A stretch of DNA of 64,000 nucleotides from the human T2T-CHM13v2.0 reference genome, Homo sapiens, in assembly GCF_009914755.1 (NCBI RefSeq), contig NC_060939.1. The stretch is one strand, 5' to 3'. Below the pieces are notes generated by a model that saw only the letters and a list, made by a program, of their open reading frames with translations, searched no databases and had not been told where the DNA came from. How positions within the stretch are numbered: position 1 is the first letter of the stretch; every line of letters begins with the position of its first letter. This document shows, in pieces, positions 47,801-63,270 of this stretch. The translations under genes and the position numbers were made by a program.

Positions 47801-50439
47801 CTATTATACCAGATGCACAGGTATCAATGTAAGGACACAGAAACACGAAAAAGCAAAGAGATATGACACCTGCAAAGGAACATAATAATTCCCCAACAAC
47901 AGATCCCAATGAAAAAGAAATTTATGAAATCCCAGAAAGAGAATTCAAAATGATGATATTAAAAGTATCAGTGAGATACAGAGGGACACAGATAAACAAT
48001 ATAAAGAATAAGAAAAACAATTCAGGATATGAATGAGAAATTTAGCCAAGAGATAGGTATCATAAAAAAGAACTAAACAAAAATTATTGCAGAATTCATT
48101 GAATGAAATAAAAAATACAATTAAAAGCTTCCACAATAGACTAGAACAAGCAGAAGAAAGAATTTCAGAACTTGAAGACAAGTCTTTTGAAATAACCCAA
48201 TTTATTTTTTTAAGGAATAAAAAAGAATGAACAAAGCATACATGACACGTGGGACTCCACAAAGCAACCAAATATTCAAAATTTCAGTGTCCCAGGATGT
48301 GAAGAGTCAACCAAAGGGATACAAAACCTATTTCACAAGATAATAGCTAAAAACTTCCCATCTAGCAAGAGATTTACACATACAGATTCAGAAAGCTTAG
48401 AGATCCCCAAACAGATACGATTCAAAAAATCTCCATACATTATAGTCAAACTGTCAAAGTGAAAAACAATGAGATAATTCTAAAAGCAGCAAGAGAAAGC
48501 ATCTGGTCACTTATGAGGGAATCTCCATCAGACTAACAGTAGATTCTCAGCAGTAACCTTACAGGCCGGGAGAAAATTGGATGATATATAAGTGCTGGAA
48601 GAAAAAAAAAACCATCAGCCAAGGATACTATACCCAGCAAAGTTATCCTTCATAAATGAAGGAAAAATAAAGTCTTACCCAGACAAGCAAAAGCTGAGGG
48701 AATCCATCACCACTGGATTGGTCCTACAAGATGTGCTCTGAAGGGTCCTACACGTAGAAGTGAAAGGATATTATCTACTATCATGAAACACATAAATGTA
48801 TAAAATCAACTGGTAAACACACAAATAAGGAACAGCAAGGACTCAAAAGTTACCAATAAAGAAAACCACCAAACCACAATGACAAACAAGAAGAGTAGAA
48901 GAAAGGTACAAAGGATATATAAAATGACCAGAAATCAATAAAATGACAAGAGTAAGTTCTTACACATTAATAACATTGAATTTGAACAGATTAAATGTTG
49001 CACTTAAAAGATATAGACGGCTGAATGGATTTTTTTTTTTAAAAAAACCATGACCTAATTATATGCTGCCTACAAAAAACTAATCTCATCTATAAAAGCA
49101 CATATAGTCTAAAAGTCAAAGGATGGAAAAATATCCACCCATGCAAATGGGTTAAAAAAGCAAGCAGAAGTAGCTATATTTATTTATATCAGATAAAAAA
49201 GACTTTAAGTCAAAAATAGTAAAAAGAGACAAAGAAGGTCATTATGTAATGACAAAGGGATCAATTCAGCAATAGGATAGGACAATTCTAAACATATATG
49301 TAGCCAACACCTAAGCACTCATATATATAAAGCAAATATTATTAGATCTAAAAGGAGAGATGAGATAGACTCTAATATAATAATAGTTGAAGACATCAAC
49401 ACATCACTCTCAGCATTACCCAGATCATATAGACAGAAAATTAACAAAGAAACATTGGATTTAAAGTGCACTATAGACCAAATGGACATAACAGACATAC
49501 ACAGAACAATTCATCCAACAGCTCCAGAATACACATACTTCTCATCAGCACATGGAACATTTTTCAGGATAGACCACACGCTAGGACCCAAAGCAAGTCT
49601 TCACAATTTTTTAAAAATAGAAATCATATCAAGTATTTTCTCAGACCACAGTGAAATAAAACCAGGTATCAATAACAAAAGGAATTTTAAAAATTGTACA
49701 GATATATAAAAATTAAACAACATGCTCCTCAATGACCACTGGGTCAAGAAAGAAATTAAGGAGAAAAATTTAAAAAGCTCTTGAAACAGATGAAAATCGA
49801 ACACAACATACCAAAACCTATGGGATATAGCAAAAGCACTGCCAAGAGGAAATTTTGTAGCAATAAATGTGTACATCAAAGAAGAAAGATTTCAATAAAC
49901 AATCCAATGATGTACCTCAAAGAACTATAAAAGCAAGAACAAGCAAACCCGAAAGTTAATAGGAGAGAAATAATAAAGATTAGAGAACTAAACAAAATAG
50001 AGCATAAAAATATACAGAATCAATAAAACAAAAATTTAACTTTTTGAAAAGATAAAATCAATACACTATTAGCTAGACTAATCAAGAAAAAAAAAAGGAA
50101 GACAGAAGACTCAAACAAAACTAGAAAAGAAAATGAAGACATTACAACTGATACCCACAAAAATGCAAAAGATTGTCAGAGATTATCATGAACAAACTGG
50201 GAAACATAGAGGAAATGGATAAATTCCTGGACATACACAATCTACCAAGATCGAATCAGGAAAAAATAGAAAACCTGAATAGACTGATAATGAGTAATAA
50301 ATCAGTAATAAAAAGTCTCCCAACAAAAAAAAAGCCCATGACTGAATGGCTTCATTGCTGAATTCTACCAAATTTCCAAAAAAAGAACTAACACCAATTT
50401 TTTTTCAAACTATTCCAAAAACTTGAGGAGGGTATTCTT

Positions 50440-50502
50440 ATTTATTTATTTATTTTTGAGACCAAATCTCACTCTGTTGCCCAGGCTGGAGTGCAGTGGC
50501 AT

Positions 50503-50577
<75 letters not shown>

Positions 50578-50625
50578 AGAGAGAGAGTATATATATATGT
50601 GTGTGTATGTGTGTGTGTCTATATA

Positions 50626-50689
<64 letters not shown>

Positions 50690-50975
50690 TTTTTTTTAGC
50701 TGGAGTCTTACTCTGTCACCAAGGCTGGAGTGAAATGGTGTGATCTCAGCTCACTGCAGCCTCCACCTCCTGGGTTCAAGCAATCCTCCTGCCTCAGCCT
50801 CTCATGTGGCTAGGATTACTGGCACATGCCGCCACGCCCAGCTAATTTGAATTTTTAGTAGAGATGGGATTTCACCATGTTGGCCAGGCTGGTCTCAAAC
50901 TCCTAACCTCAGGTGATCCACCCGCCTCGGCCTTCCAAAATGTTGGGATTACAGGCGTGAGCCACCACGCCTGGC
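50440..50975 (-). mobile_element. Composite insertion: full AluS + compound microsatellite + second Alu 3' fragment within one TSD
   Basis: TSD tgaggagggtattctt at 50424-50439 and 50976-50991. Confidence 0.9.
50506..50672. repeat. Compound (TA)n/(TG)n/(GA)n microsatellite
   Basis: Seen directly. Confidence 0.97.
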
Positions 50976-53595
50976 TGAGGAGGGTATTCTTTTTAACTCA
51001 TTCTATGAGGCCAGCATTGTTACAACCAGAAGAGGATACAACAAAACAAGAAAACTATAGGCCAATATCCCTGATAAACACAGACACAAAAATCCTCAAG
51101 AAAATACTAGCAAACCAAATCCAACAGCACATCCAAAAGATAATACATGATTAGCAAATGGGGTTTATCCCATGGATGAAAGGATGGTATAACATATGCA
51201 GATCCATAAGAGTGAAACATCACATCAACAGAATGAAGGACAAAATCATACGATCACCTCAAAAGACACAGAAAAAGCATTTGATAATATTTCACATCTC
51301 TTTATGACAAAAGTTCTGAAGAAATTGGGTACAGAAGGAAAGTATCTCAACATAATAGACCATATATGACAAACCCACAGCTTACATCATACTGAATGGG
51401 GAAAAATGGAAAGCTTTCTATTTAAAAACTGGAACACGATAAGCATGCCTACTTTCACCACTGTCATTCAACATAGTACTAGAAGTTTTACCACAGCTGT
51501 TAGGCAAGAGAAAAAAATAAAAGATATCCAAACTCAAAGAGAGGAAGTCAACTTGTCCTTGTTTGCAGACAGCATATTATACATAGAAAAACTTAAGACT
51601 CCACCAGAAAACTCTTAGAACTGATAAACGAATTTAGTAAAGTTGCAAGATAAAAAATGAACTTTAAAAATCACTAGTGTTTCTATACACCACTAACAAA
51701 TTCTTTGAAAAAGAAATCAACCAAGCAATCCTATTTACAATAGGTATAAAAATAAAATAAAATAAAATAAAATAAAATACATACGGATAAATTTAACCAA
51801 CTAGGCGAAAGACCTTTTCAAGGAAAACTACAAAACACTGATGAAAGAAATTGAAAGAACTTATTGAAAGACAACCATTCTTATGGATTAAAGAATACTG
51901 TTAAAATGACCATACTACACAAAGCACCTATAGATTCAACGCAGTCCTTATCAAAATGCCACTGTCATTTTCACAGAAATAGAAAAAACAATCCTAACAT
52001 TCACTTGAAACCAAAAAGAGCTCAAATAGCCAAAGCAATCCTGAGCAAAAACAAAAACCACCAAAGCTAGAGGCATTATACTACCTGACCTCAAAAATAT
52101 TACAAGGCTATAGCAACCAAAGCAGCATGGCATTGGTAAAAAACAGACACAATGACCAACGAAACAAAATAGGGAACTCAGAAATAAATCCACATGTTGG
52201 GAAAAGAATACTCTGTTAAACAAGTGGTGCTGGGAAAATTGGATATCCATACGCAGAAGAATGACACTGGACCTCTATCTCTCACCATACACAAATATCT
52301 ACTCAACATGGATTAAAGACTTAAAACATACCACATGCAATTATAAAAGTACTAGAGGAAAACATAGCGGAAATGCTTCAGGGGATTGGCATAGGCAAAG
52401 ATTTTATGGTTAAGGCTTTGAAAGCACAGGCAACAAAAACAAAAATACACAAATGGGATTATATTAAACTAGGAAGTTTCTGCATGACAAGGAAACAATC
52501 AACAGAGTGAAAAGACAACTTGTTGAATGGGAGAAAATACATGCAAACTATTCATCCAACAAGGGACTAATATCCAGAATATATAAGGAACTCAACTAAA
52601 CAGTACAAAAAAAATAATCCCATTAAAAAGTAGTCAAAGGATATGAATAGACATTTCTTAAAAGACATTCAAATGGCCAACAGGTACATGAAATAATGCG
52701 CAACATCACTAAACATCAAAGAAATGTAAATCAAAACCACAATGACATATCTTCTTACACCAGTTAAAATGGTTATTATCAAAAAGACAAAAATAACAGA
52801 TGCTGGGAAGGATGGAGAAAAAGGAACTCATACACTGTTGATAGGAATGTGAGTCAGTACAGCCATTATGGAAAACAGTATGGTGATTTCTCAAAGAACT
52901 AAAAAGAGAACTATCATATGATCCAGGAATCCCACTACTGAATATTTATCAAAAGGAAAAAAATCAGTAGATCAAAGGGATACTTGCACCCTGTGTTTAT
53001 TGTAGAATGATTCACAACAGCAAAGATATGAAAAGAACCGGTGTCTATCAACAGATGAACGAATAAAGAAAATGTGGTGTGTACACACACACACGAATAC
53101 TATTCAGCCATAGAAAATAATGAAAACCTTGTCAATTTGCCACAACATGGATGGAACCAGAGGTCATTATGTTAAGTGAAATAAGCCAGGCACAGAAAGA
53201 CAAATATCACATGTTCTTACTCACATGTGAGGGCTAAAAAAGTTGATGTAATGGAGATAGATTAGAATGATAGATACCAGAGGCTGAGAAAGGTGTGTAT
53301 GTGGGGTGGTTGAAGAAAGGTTGGTTAATGGGTATACGTACACAGTTAGAAGGAATAAATTCTAATGTTCGATAGCAGAGTAGTGTGACTATGTATTGTA
53401 TATTTTAAAATAGCTAGAAGATAGGACTGAAAATGTTCCCAACACATAGAAATGATAAATTCTCAAGGTGAAGGATACCCTACATAGCCAGACTTGATCA
53501 TTACACATCCTATGCATGTAAAAAATATTACATATGCCCCATAAATACGTACTAGTATTATTTATCAATAAAATTTGTCATTTATAAAAATTAAA

Positions 53596-53885
<290 letters not shown>

Positions 53886-54186
53886 TAAAAATAGGCATAT
53901 GTATATTATTTTTTCAAAATATACACATAACTAAATACATGGAAAGTAAACTGAAAAGACATGCTATTATGCCAGGTGACAAGGATAATGATTTTCTCTG
54001 TTCTATATACCTGAGGTTAAAAAGAATCGCTCAAGAAAAAAAAATGAAGCCCAGAGAGATTAAGTGGCAAGATCTCAATTCTTAGTCAACCATATAATGC
54101 AGGTCGCCTGTTTCCTAGGTCTTTCTACTCTACCACACTCCTCTTTCCTGGGAAGCTGAAAGTGGCATCTATTAAGATAGCAACCT

Positions 54187-54480
54187 TGGGCACCGTGGCT
54201 CACGACTGTAATCCCAGCACTTTGGGAGGCCGAGGCGGGTGGATCACCTGAGGTCAGGAGTTCGAGAGCAGCCTGACCAACATGGTGAAACCCCATCTCT
54301 ACTAAAAATACAAAAATTAGCTGGGTGTGATGGCAGATGCCTATAATCCTAGCTACTTGGGAGGCTGAGACAGGAGACTTGCTTGAATCCAGGAGGCGGA
54401 GGTTGCAGTGAGCCAAGATTGTGTCACTGCACTCCAGCCTGGGTGACGGAGTAAGACTCTTTCAAAAAAAAAAAAAAAAA
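54187..54480 (+). mobile_element. AluS
   Basis: Full dimer; TSD aagatagcaacct. Confidence 0.95.
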
Positions 54481-54660
54481 GATAGCAACCTATTGCTAGA
54501 ATTCATTGTTTTTTCCACAGAAGCACAATCTCACTCAACTGTTTCCTGATTTTCTATTGAGGAGAAATAGCCATTACTTCTGAGATATGATTGCCTGCAA
54601 ATTTAATTATTCTTGCTTCATAAGCATTCAAATATGTAAAGCCAAGTATACTTTCAGATA

Positions 54661-54740
54661 TTAGGTTGGCACAAAAGTAACTGCAGTTTTTTCCATTACC
54701 TTCAATAGCAAAACCTGCAATTACTTTTGCACCAACCTAA
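54661..54740. mobile_element. MADE1 (Hsmar1 MITE), full length
   Basis: 80-bp hairpin ttaggttggcacaaaagtaa...ttacttttgcaccaacctaa flanked by TA on both sides. Confidence 0.93.
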
Positions 54741-55106
54741 TAAAACATGGTAATTTTAGATGTATTGTTATTCCACTGTGAATTTGAGATTACTCAAAAT
54801 ACAATCTTTCAATGTTGTTTATATTTGAACTGGTTTGTTTCTTCTAGACAAACCCAAACTTTTCTATAATTCATGATTTTTATATTAACATCTAGCTATA
54901 ATGATATTCTGAGATATCACAAAAATTGATAAACCAAAAGGGCTTTGTTTACATATAAAAAATTCATTCTTCATCAACAAGGAAAAATTGACAGCTTTTG
55001 TGGGGACATACAAATGTTAGGTAAAGCAATGGATTTCAACAATTTTATAGTTAATAGGCATCAAAGAAAAACTTTAAAGTTAAATGCTTATAAATATACA
55101 GTGTTG

Positions 55107-55492
<386 letters not shown>

Positions 55493-55619
55493 TTATAGGA
55501 AGAGACATTTTATAGAAAGCTGTTTGTTATTAATGTCTGGAGTTATAGTTGGCTTTATTTCAAAATTTCCTAAGTTATTCTACTTAACATTCAGAAGATG
55601 GAAAAAAGAACCAACTTTC

Positions 55620-55880
55620 AGGTAAGGACAAATACTGCATGATCATTTATGTGAGGTATCTAAGATAGTCAAACTCACTGAAGCAAAGAATAAAATGGTT
55701 ACCAGGGGCTGGGGGGTGGGGAAATGGGGAGATGCGAATTAATTAGTATAAAGTCAGTTACGCAAGATGAAAAGGTTCTAGAGGTCTGCTGCGTAACATT
55801 GTGCCTGTAGTTAACAATACTCTATTGTACACTTAAAAATCTCATGTTTAGTGTTCTTACTACCACCACAACCACCCAAA
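55620..55880 (+). mobile_element. L1MA10/MB-like 3' end
   Basis: aaggacaaatactgcatgat...gttacgcaagatga..gttctagaggtctgctg...tagttaacaatactctattgtacacttaaaa. Confidence 0.8.
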
Positions 55881-55906
55881 AAAAGGACTTTAAAAAAAAA
55901 CCTTTA

Positions 55907-56614
<708 letters not shown>

Positions 56615-56649
56615 ATAGTTAAATAGAAGAGCTGGAACATCTTCATCAT

Positions 56650-57495
56650 TCCACTGAAAATGCTTATTAACATTACCAAAGACTTGCATCTTGCTAAATC
56701 CTAGGGCCCTTCTCTGCCCTTATTTAACCTCTCAGCAGCATTCAGTTAATACTTACTGTTTGAAATGCCTGTTTCTGTGACACCGCTCTCATTTATTTCC
56801 AAGCTCCTTGTCCACTGTCTTTTACCAAAAAATACTTTCTTAGTCTTCTCATTTCATTTAATCATACCACTGTCTACCAGTTACTCAGTAACAAATCCAA
56901 GAGCCATCCTTGATGTTTCTCTCCTTCATAACCCCCAATTTCAACTCATAAGCAAATCCTTGTCAGCCTTATCCTGATCTTACCCACTTCTCCTGTCCTA
57001 GTCCAAAAATCTCCATCATTTCACCCAGACTTCTGCAATGGACTCCTACTGTCTCTCGGCCCACACTCTTGCCCCATACAGTAATTTTTCCACATAATAG
57101 CCAGTATCATCTTTTAAATTTCCAGTCTTCCCAGTGTATTCAGAGTAAAATCTCAGCTAATTACCTCTAAGACTACACATAATCTGGTCCCCGCCCACTT
57201 CTAAAGTCTTAACATCATACCCTGCCTCGTTTGAATCTGAGATACCCATCTCTACGAATATGCACTTAACCTCTGCCTGAACTGCTCTTCCTCTAGATCT
57301 GCATGTCCAGCTTCTTTCCTCATTTAAGTGTGAAATAAACTTTTATTGATAGGATTTTTCTCTAAAATCAACTTGTGTATCTGCCTCTCCCCATACAGCT
57401 AAGCTCTTTGAGCACAAGGATAATTTATTCCATATGGTATTCTTCAACTTTAGAATGGTCCCTAGCACATGGTAGGCACAATAAATACCTGTCTC
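56650..57495 (+). mobile_element. L2 relic
   Basis: acctctcagcagcatt, gccatccttgatg..ctctccttc, agcaaatcctt, cctagcacatggtaggcacaataaatac. Confidence 0.8.
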
Positions 57496-57674
57496 AATAG
57501 ATTAAGCGGTTAGAGAAAGGATATAACCCTTTTAGTATTCTAGCATGTTTGAATTCCTTTCTTTACCTGTTGGTGGTAAAGACGGTAATAATGACAGTGA
57601 CTTAAGTTTTAACAACCAACCTTACCTTACCCAATTAGTACATTAGTTTATCATCTATATTTAGTCCCAAAACT

Positions 57675-57950
57675 TGAGACAACGTCTGTCACCCAGGCTG
57701 GACTATAGTGGCATGATCATGGCTCACTACAGCCTCAACCTCCGTGGGCTCAGGTGATCCTCCCACAACAGCTCTGGAGAAGCTGGGACTATGACTCGTA
57801 CCATCATGCTGGCTAATTTTTATATTTTTTTGTAGAGATGGGGTTTCACCATGTTGCCCAGGCTGGTTTCAAACTCCTGGGCTCAAGTGATCTGCCCGCC
57901 TTGGTCTCCCAAAGTGCTGGGATTACAGAAGTGAGCCACCTTGCCTGGCC
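57675..57950 (-). mobile_element. AluJ (tail lost)
   Basis: ctgtcacccaggctggactatagtggcatgatcatggctcac...ctcctgggctcaagtg; flanks caaaactt. Confidence 0.9.
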
Positions 57951-59324
57951 ACAAAACTTATTTTTTGAGTTAGGTAACTCTTCTTCAGTTGAAGACCACT
58001 AACCTACAGTGGTTCATAATCCGAGGCTTAAAATAGGTTTCTGGAAAGAAAGAAAAAAATTCCATTCATTACTCTAAAAATTGAGAGTTGGGAATATAAA
58101 ACCATTAAGTACCACAAATAAAATAACTCAAATGTCAGATGTATATTGCTTATGTAGTTTCTTGCTGGGCTAATGCTATCAACATAATACCACCTACCAC
58201 TGCTGTGTGAAATGCAGCTGAAATAGAAGTAGCTAATCTGTTTCACTCCTCTTCTACTCCCACAACTTGGAAGGCCAAAGGATTTGCAATGACAATTTGC
58301 AGTGACATTAGTTTTAGACACTTACATTGGAACCTTGGTTATACGGCTATTAGTCTGAAAGTTCTTTTGACTTTCAAGAGCTGTCTGATTGTGTTATCAC
58401 TGTACTTTGAGATTAGGGTGGTCCATTCCACTAGGTGAATGTTACATCTGAGAACATTATTTTTAGATATATAATAAATTCACAAGTGGTTTCTTAGATG
58501 TTGCAGTCCTTAAATAGTTCATTTTAAAGCACCATAACAAGGCTTACAAAGCTTGGGAGAGAACATTTCTTACCCCACGTCTTTCCTTGGCTTAATTTCC
58601 TGCTTTAAAGTGTTTAATTTTATACTGAAGGAATAATTCCTGAGACATTTGTTTGAAACATGAATTGTTCCAGGTCAGATAATTAAACAGCTCAGGAGAG
58701 AACAGCTCCTCCATGAATGCTTCAAAGCATAATAAAAAGGTAATCTTAAACATGGAAAATACTAAAATCCTTTCAAACCAAATGAACAAGATTTTCAGTA
58801 CTTTAGAGAAGCATTCTTAAAACATTCAACAGCTATTTTACAGAAGTATACATTTTTGAAGTACTAGATCAAACATAAAGTTACTGTGCTGATCTTGAGC
58901 ATTGTAACTAATGTTAACACAGTAAATACTTAAGAAGTAGATTACGTATTTTTTATTACCAATAAGGAATGTGCACTTCCAGATAAATAAAAAAACCCTT
59001 GAGTATTTAAGCCTTACAGCATCTTATGACACATCCTGCACATATAATCAGTTCTCAATTATTAATTGGTGGAACTGACCATTTCAGGCAGACATCCTGT
59101 TACATTCCTAATCACCTACTACTTCCTTCCCACCTAGTGTTAGCTCAAGGAATTTGATACCTTTTATATTAGCTTATCATAAACAAAATGGAGAAAATTT
59201 ATAATGCAACCAATTATGTAACACATTGCAAAACCAAACAACTTTCTATTTTCCATGTCATTGCTCCATTTCTTGAAATATATTTTAATTTTCTTCAGTG
59301 TTATTTAAAATAGATGCATAAAAA

Positions 59325-59330
59325 TTTATT
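59325..59330 (-). terminator. Candidate distal polyadenylation signal (AATAAA)
   Basis: tttatt on +; U/GU-rich sequence downstream on minus (tgtttggttttgca at ~59240-59227). Confidence 0.4.
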
Positions 59331-60264
59331 ACTGTCGTAAACAGTAAGGGATAGGCAAACATTTGAACAGAAATTAGATACTCAACACTTGGCATTAATA
59401 TGTTGCTAATAAGCATGCCAAAACTTTTGACAACTTCATGGGATGACGCTAGAGATTACTTTTTCTAAACTCTAAACTCCCATAAAATGGATGTACAATA
59501 AAACAACCTTTAGCAATTAATTTTAAAATGCCCTTACTTCAGAATTAAAAAATTACTCTAGATTATGTAAATTTGGACAGTCTTCCACATGAAACCTAGT
59601 CATAACACGCAAGTTACTGGTACACTGGTAATTCTTTTCATGGCATATGACATTTGCCTGTGTCAGAAATAAGTGATATTAAGTAAAATAGAAAACTGGA
59701 AAATTACTGTGATAAACTGGTGATGAATTTTGTACTCCCACAAGTATGTTTCACTTATTACATATGTATACATATGCACACAAAAAAGTTTTGGTCAGCT
59801 ATTCATGTGGAAATTCTGAGCAAAGTTCATAATTTTGCCAACACGGAACAAAGTTGCCCCCGAATAGTAAGTACTTAAGAAATAATTTTTTCTTTTTTCC
59901 TGTCACAGGGTTTTAAGGTAGACTTGGCATATACCTTTGATGCCGTAATATTTTTAACTACTACAGGTAGTTTAGATATTATTATACGTGACAGTAAAAA
60001 AGTAAAATTTTAGAGAACCACACACTGGTTTCTTCTGAGACATTACCTAAGACGAATCTCCTTAAAATTCAAAAGCAAGTAAGTGATGCTAAACTTTAGC
60101 ATTTTGAGAAACATGTAGAATCACTAGTTGACAGTTTAAATTTGTGGTGCTTAATATAACACAAATCCTCCAAATGGCATTTAAACTCACATTTTAATGG
60201 CCCAAGAAGTTACTATAAATTTAATAATCTCGAGTTAAAGAGAACCTCCAATTTGTCTTCGTTA

Positions 60265-60720
<456 letters not shown>

Positions 60721-62263
60721 TTAATTGTGGTCACATAAATGAAGACCAAATGCCTTTTGCGTCACATTCTGAAACCTGATACTCCATCTCTTGTTCTGGA
60801 TAGTGTTCTTAAACACTTTGATACAAAATAGTTAAATGTCAAATTCCTTTTTTTGTTATATACTTCAGTTCAAAATGTTTATCTTCTTCAAAATGCTAGA
60901 AATATTTAGTCATAAATCCCATATGAAGAATGAAACTCCCAGCTTTACTTGTGTATGCTCAAGCCTCACTTCAAAAATCTAAATCAAAAGAGAAATTTTC
61001 AGGTTTAAAAGTGACTAAAATAATATTTTAAAAAATCCTTAGTAAATTAATGATTACAGATCTCTGAGCTTCTTAAAAAGAGGTAAAGGGAATCCACTAG
61101 GCAAATAATTTTTTGTCTTATGGACTAACTGCTTCACCCATAGATTTAGACTGACACTGACACCACAAAAGCATACATACCTGTGTTTACTGAAGAACTG
61201 TAACTATTGATTAAAAAAGAAAATTTCCCACAAAATTTCTACCATCATGGATATTTTAAATATTAAGAATAAGAGTTTTTCAGTCTAAGACAAACCTAAG
61301 TCTTACATAAGGTAACAAACACTACCACCCACAGTATAGCTCATTTAAAATAGGCCTCACTTAAATATTAGGTTCTCAGTTTTCCTGAAAGATGTATCAG
61401 CCTGTAGTTAGAAGGGACTCATGTAATGAGAGCATTACTTAGTACATATATACTCATCTTTAAAAAGAAATCAGTTATGTTACATTAAGATGTAGAGAAA
61501 AAGTATTTAATCAACAACTTTAATGTAAGAGCAAGAGTGAGTAATGGAAATCCAGCTCTTGTAGTAGAGAGCATCTACTTGTGGCAGCCAAAGATTTCTT
61601 TGCAGTAACTTTTAGCTAGGTTTAGGGATAAAAAGAAGAATGAGATGAACACATTACAATATGATGTAAACCACTGGTATGGTTTTCACAAAAGTGGAAA
61701 AGATTTAATCAGTGAATAAATGCTACAAATTTGCCAATCGATTTTTAACTTCCCCTAAATTTATATTTCGATAAGCAATCTCTAAGATTTCAACTCTACA
61801 ATATTTGATGCACAAAAACACAGAAAAATGTTTTAAGGGAAGAATAAATTATTTTAAGTTAGTCAGACTGTTAAGATATATTTAAAAACCTGTATTCCAG
61901 AACAAAAGTCACAGATGACTAACAGAAAAAAAAGAACGCACCTATATCTGGGTAAACAAAGCTATGTAATACACAATTACAATAAATTATTATGGTATAA
62001 CTTTGGATACTGTTATATATTTAGCCCAGTTTTCCAAATAACAAGTGCATGCTTTCTCTCTAGAAAGTGGAAGATGCACTATTGTACAAAGCAAAGATAG
62101 CACAGGAGAACTGGGCACTGTAAGAATTGGAGGATAAAGGTTAAATCATTTCATTCAAATCTTTGAATTCTAATTCCATCAACTCAAAAGTTAAGAAGGG
62201 CTTTAGCTTTCAAGGGTTATCACATGCATACATATTTGAATACAGGCACAAAAACTCATCATT

Positions 62264-62269
62264 TTTATT
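62264..62269 (-). terminator. Candidate proximal polyadenylation signal (AATAAA)
   Basis: tttatt on + in 3'-end-like context; further copies at 62408-62413 and 63327-63332. Confidence 0.4.
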
Positions 62270-62829
62270 TGGATAACAAAGGGTCTCCAAATTATATTGA
62301 AAAATAAATCCTAATTAATATCACTCTTGTAAAAAAAGTTTAGCACACTTTTCACAAATGATTTATGTAAAAGAGAAAATACACATAATTTTATAATATC
62401 TTAAACTTTTATTCCCTACCATAGACATTTTGTCTTTTGTTTTCTTTCCGTTTTCTACAATTTCCAACTTGTACCTGTGTTTAATACTGCTTTAGTCTGC
62501 TAAAGACATTAACTGATTGCTTTTCTAAATCTAAGGATTATATATTTTTAGTATAAATATATATCACATATTTTCGTAAAATTTTGACAAAACCGAATAA
62601 GCATGCCTTGTTTTAAGTCCATGCTCCTTCCACTGTTTATAAAATCTGATTTAATGATCAAAAAATTCTTGGTTGTCACTCTTCTGTAACCACAATCTTC
62701 CTTCTGAACTGCCACCCAGTTTTTACATAATAATAACAAGCAATAGAAAAACCAAAGAAATTATGTTAATCCTAGTTCTTCCTTTCGACACTATAAAATA
62801 ATGTGAACTTTTTAAAAAATGAAACAAAT

Positions 62830-63270
62830 ACATCCAAAACTCAATACATTCAAATGAGCTGAGTTCCTTTAAGGTAGTTACCTTGGAAGGCCACAGTTCA
62901 TTCTCCTAAGTATACTGCCACTGCTCAAAAAACCTTTAAAACTCTTTTGGGATTGCCTTCAAAGCCAGTTATATACTTTCTGCATTACCTCAAAGTTAGG
63001 TGGAAGTTTTGGAAACTTTCATTTGGTGCCAAGTAATGGTAACTAAAAATAATCAAGCTTCCTAATACTATATTTTTTAAAACAATGTATAATCATAAAG
63101 TTTAGTGTGTGTGACAAATTAACTTTGAATGCAATTCTAAAAGAGTAAACTCAGCAGGTTTTGGGCAATGGTAGATTGCTGGCATTAGGAAATAACCTTC
63201 CAGCATGATCACTATGCAGAGTAACATTCATTTAGCTGTCTATGTTCTGGCATATTCGTTTAAAGTGAAC
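62830..63270. mobile_element. MARNA (ancient mariner MITE) relic
   Basis: aaggtagttaccttggaagg..ctgccactgctcaaaa..ctcttttgggattgccttcaaag and its inverted partner ctttgaatgcaattctaaaagag..ttttgggcaatggtag..ccttcc; cattcatttag..tatgttctggcat. Confidence 0.65.

Larger units (their letters stand above)
46258..53575 (+). mobile_element. Full-length old LINE-1, L1MA4A-like, inactive
   Basis: About 1.5-kb C-rich 5' UTR, ORF1 relic, ORF2 relic from ~48943 ([28 protein letters not shown] fragments), L1MA 3' end gttcccaacacatagaaatgataaat...gatcattacacat...tcaataaaa. Confidence 0.88.
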
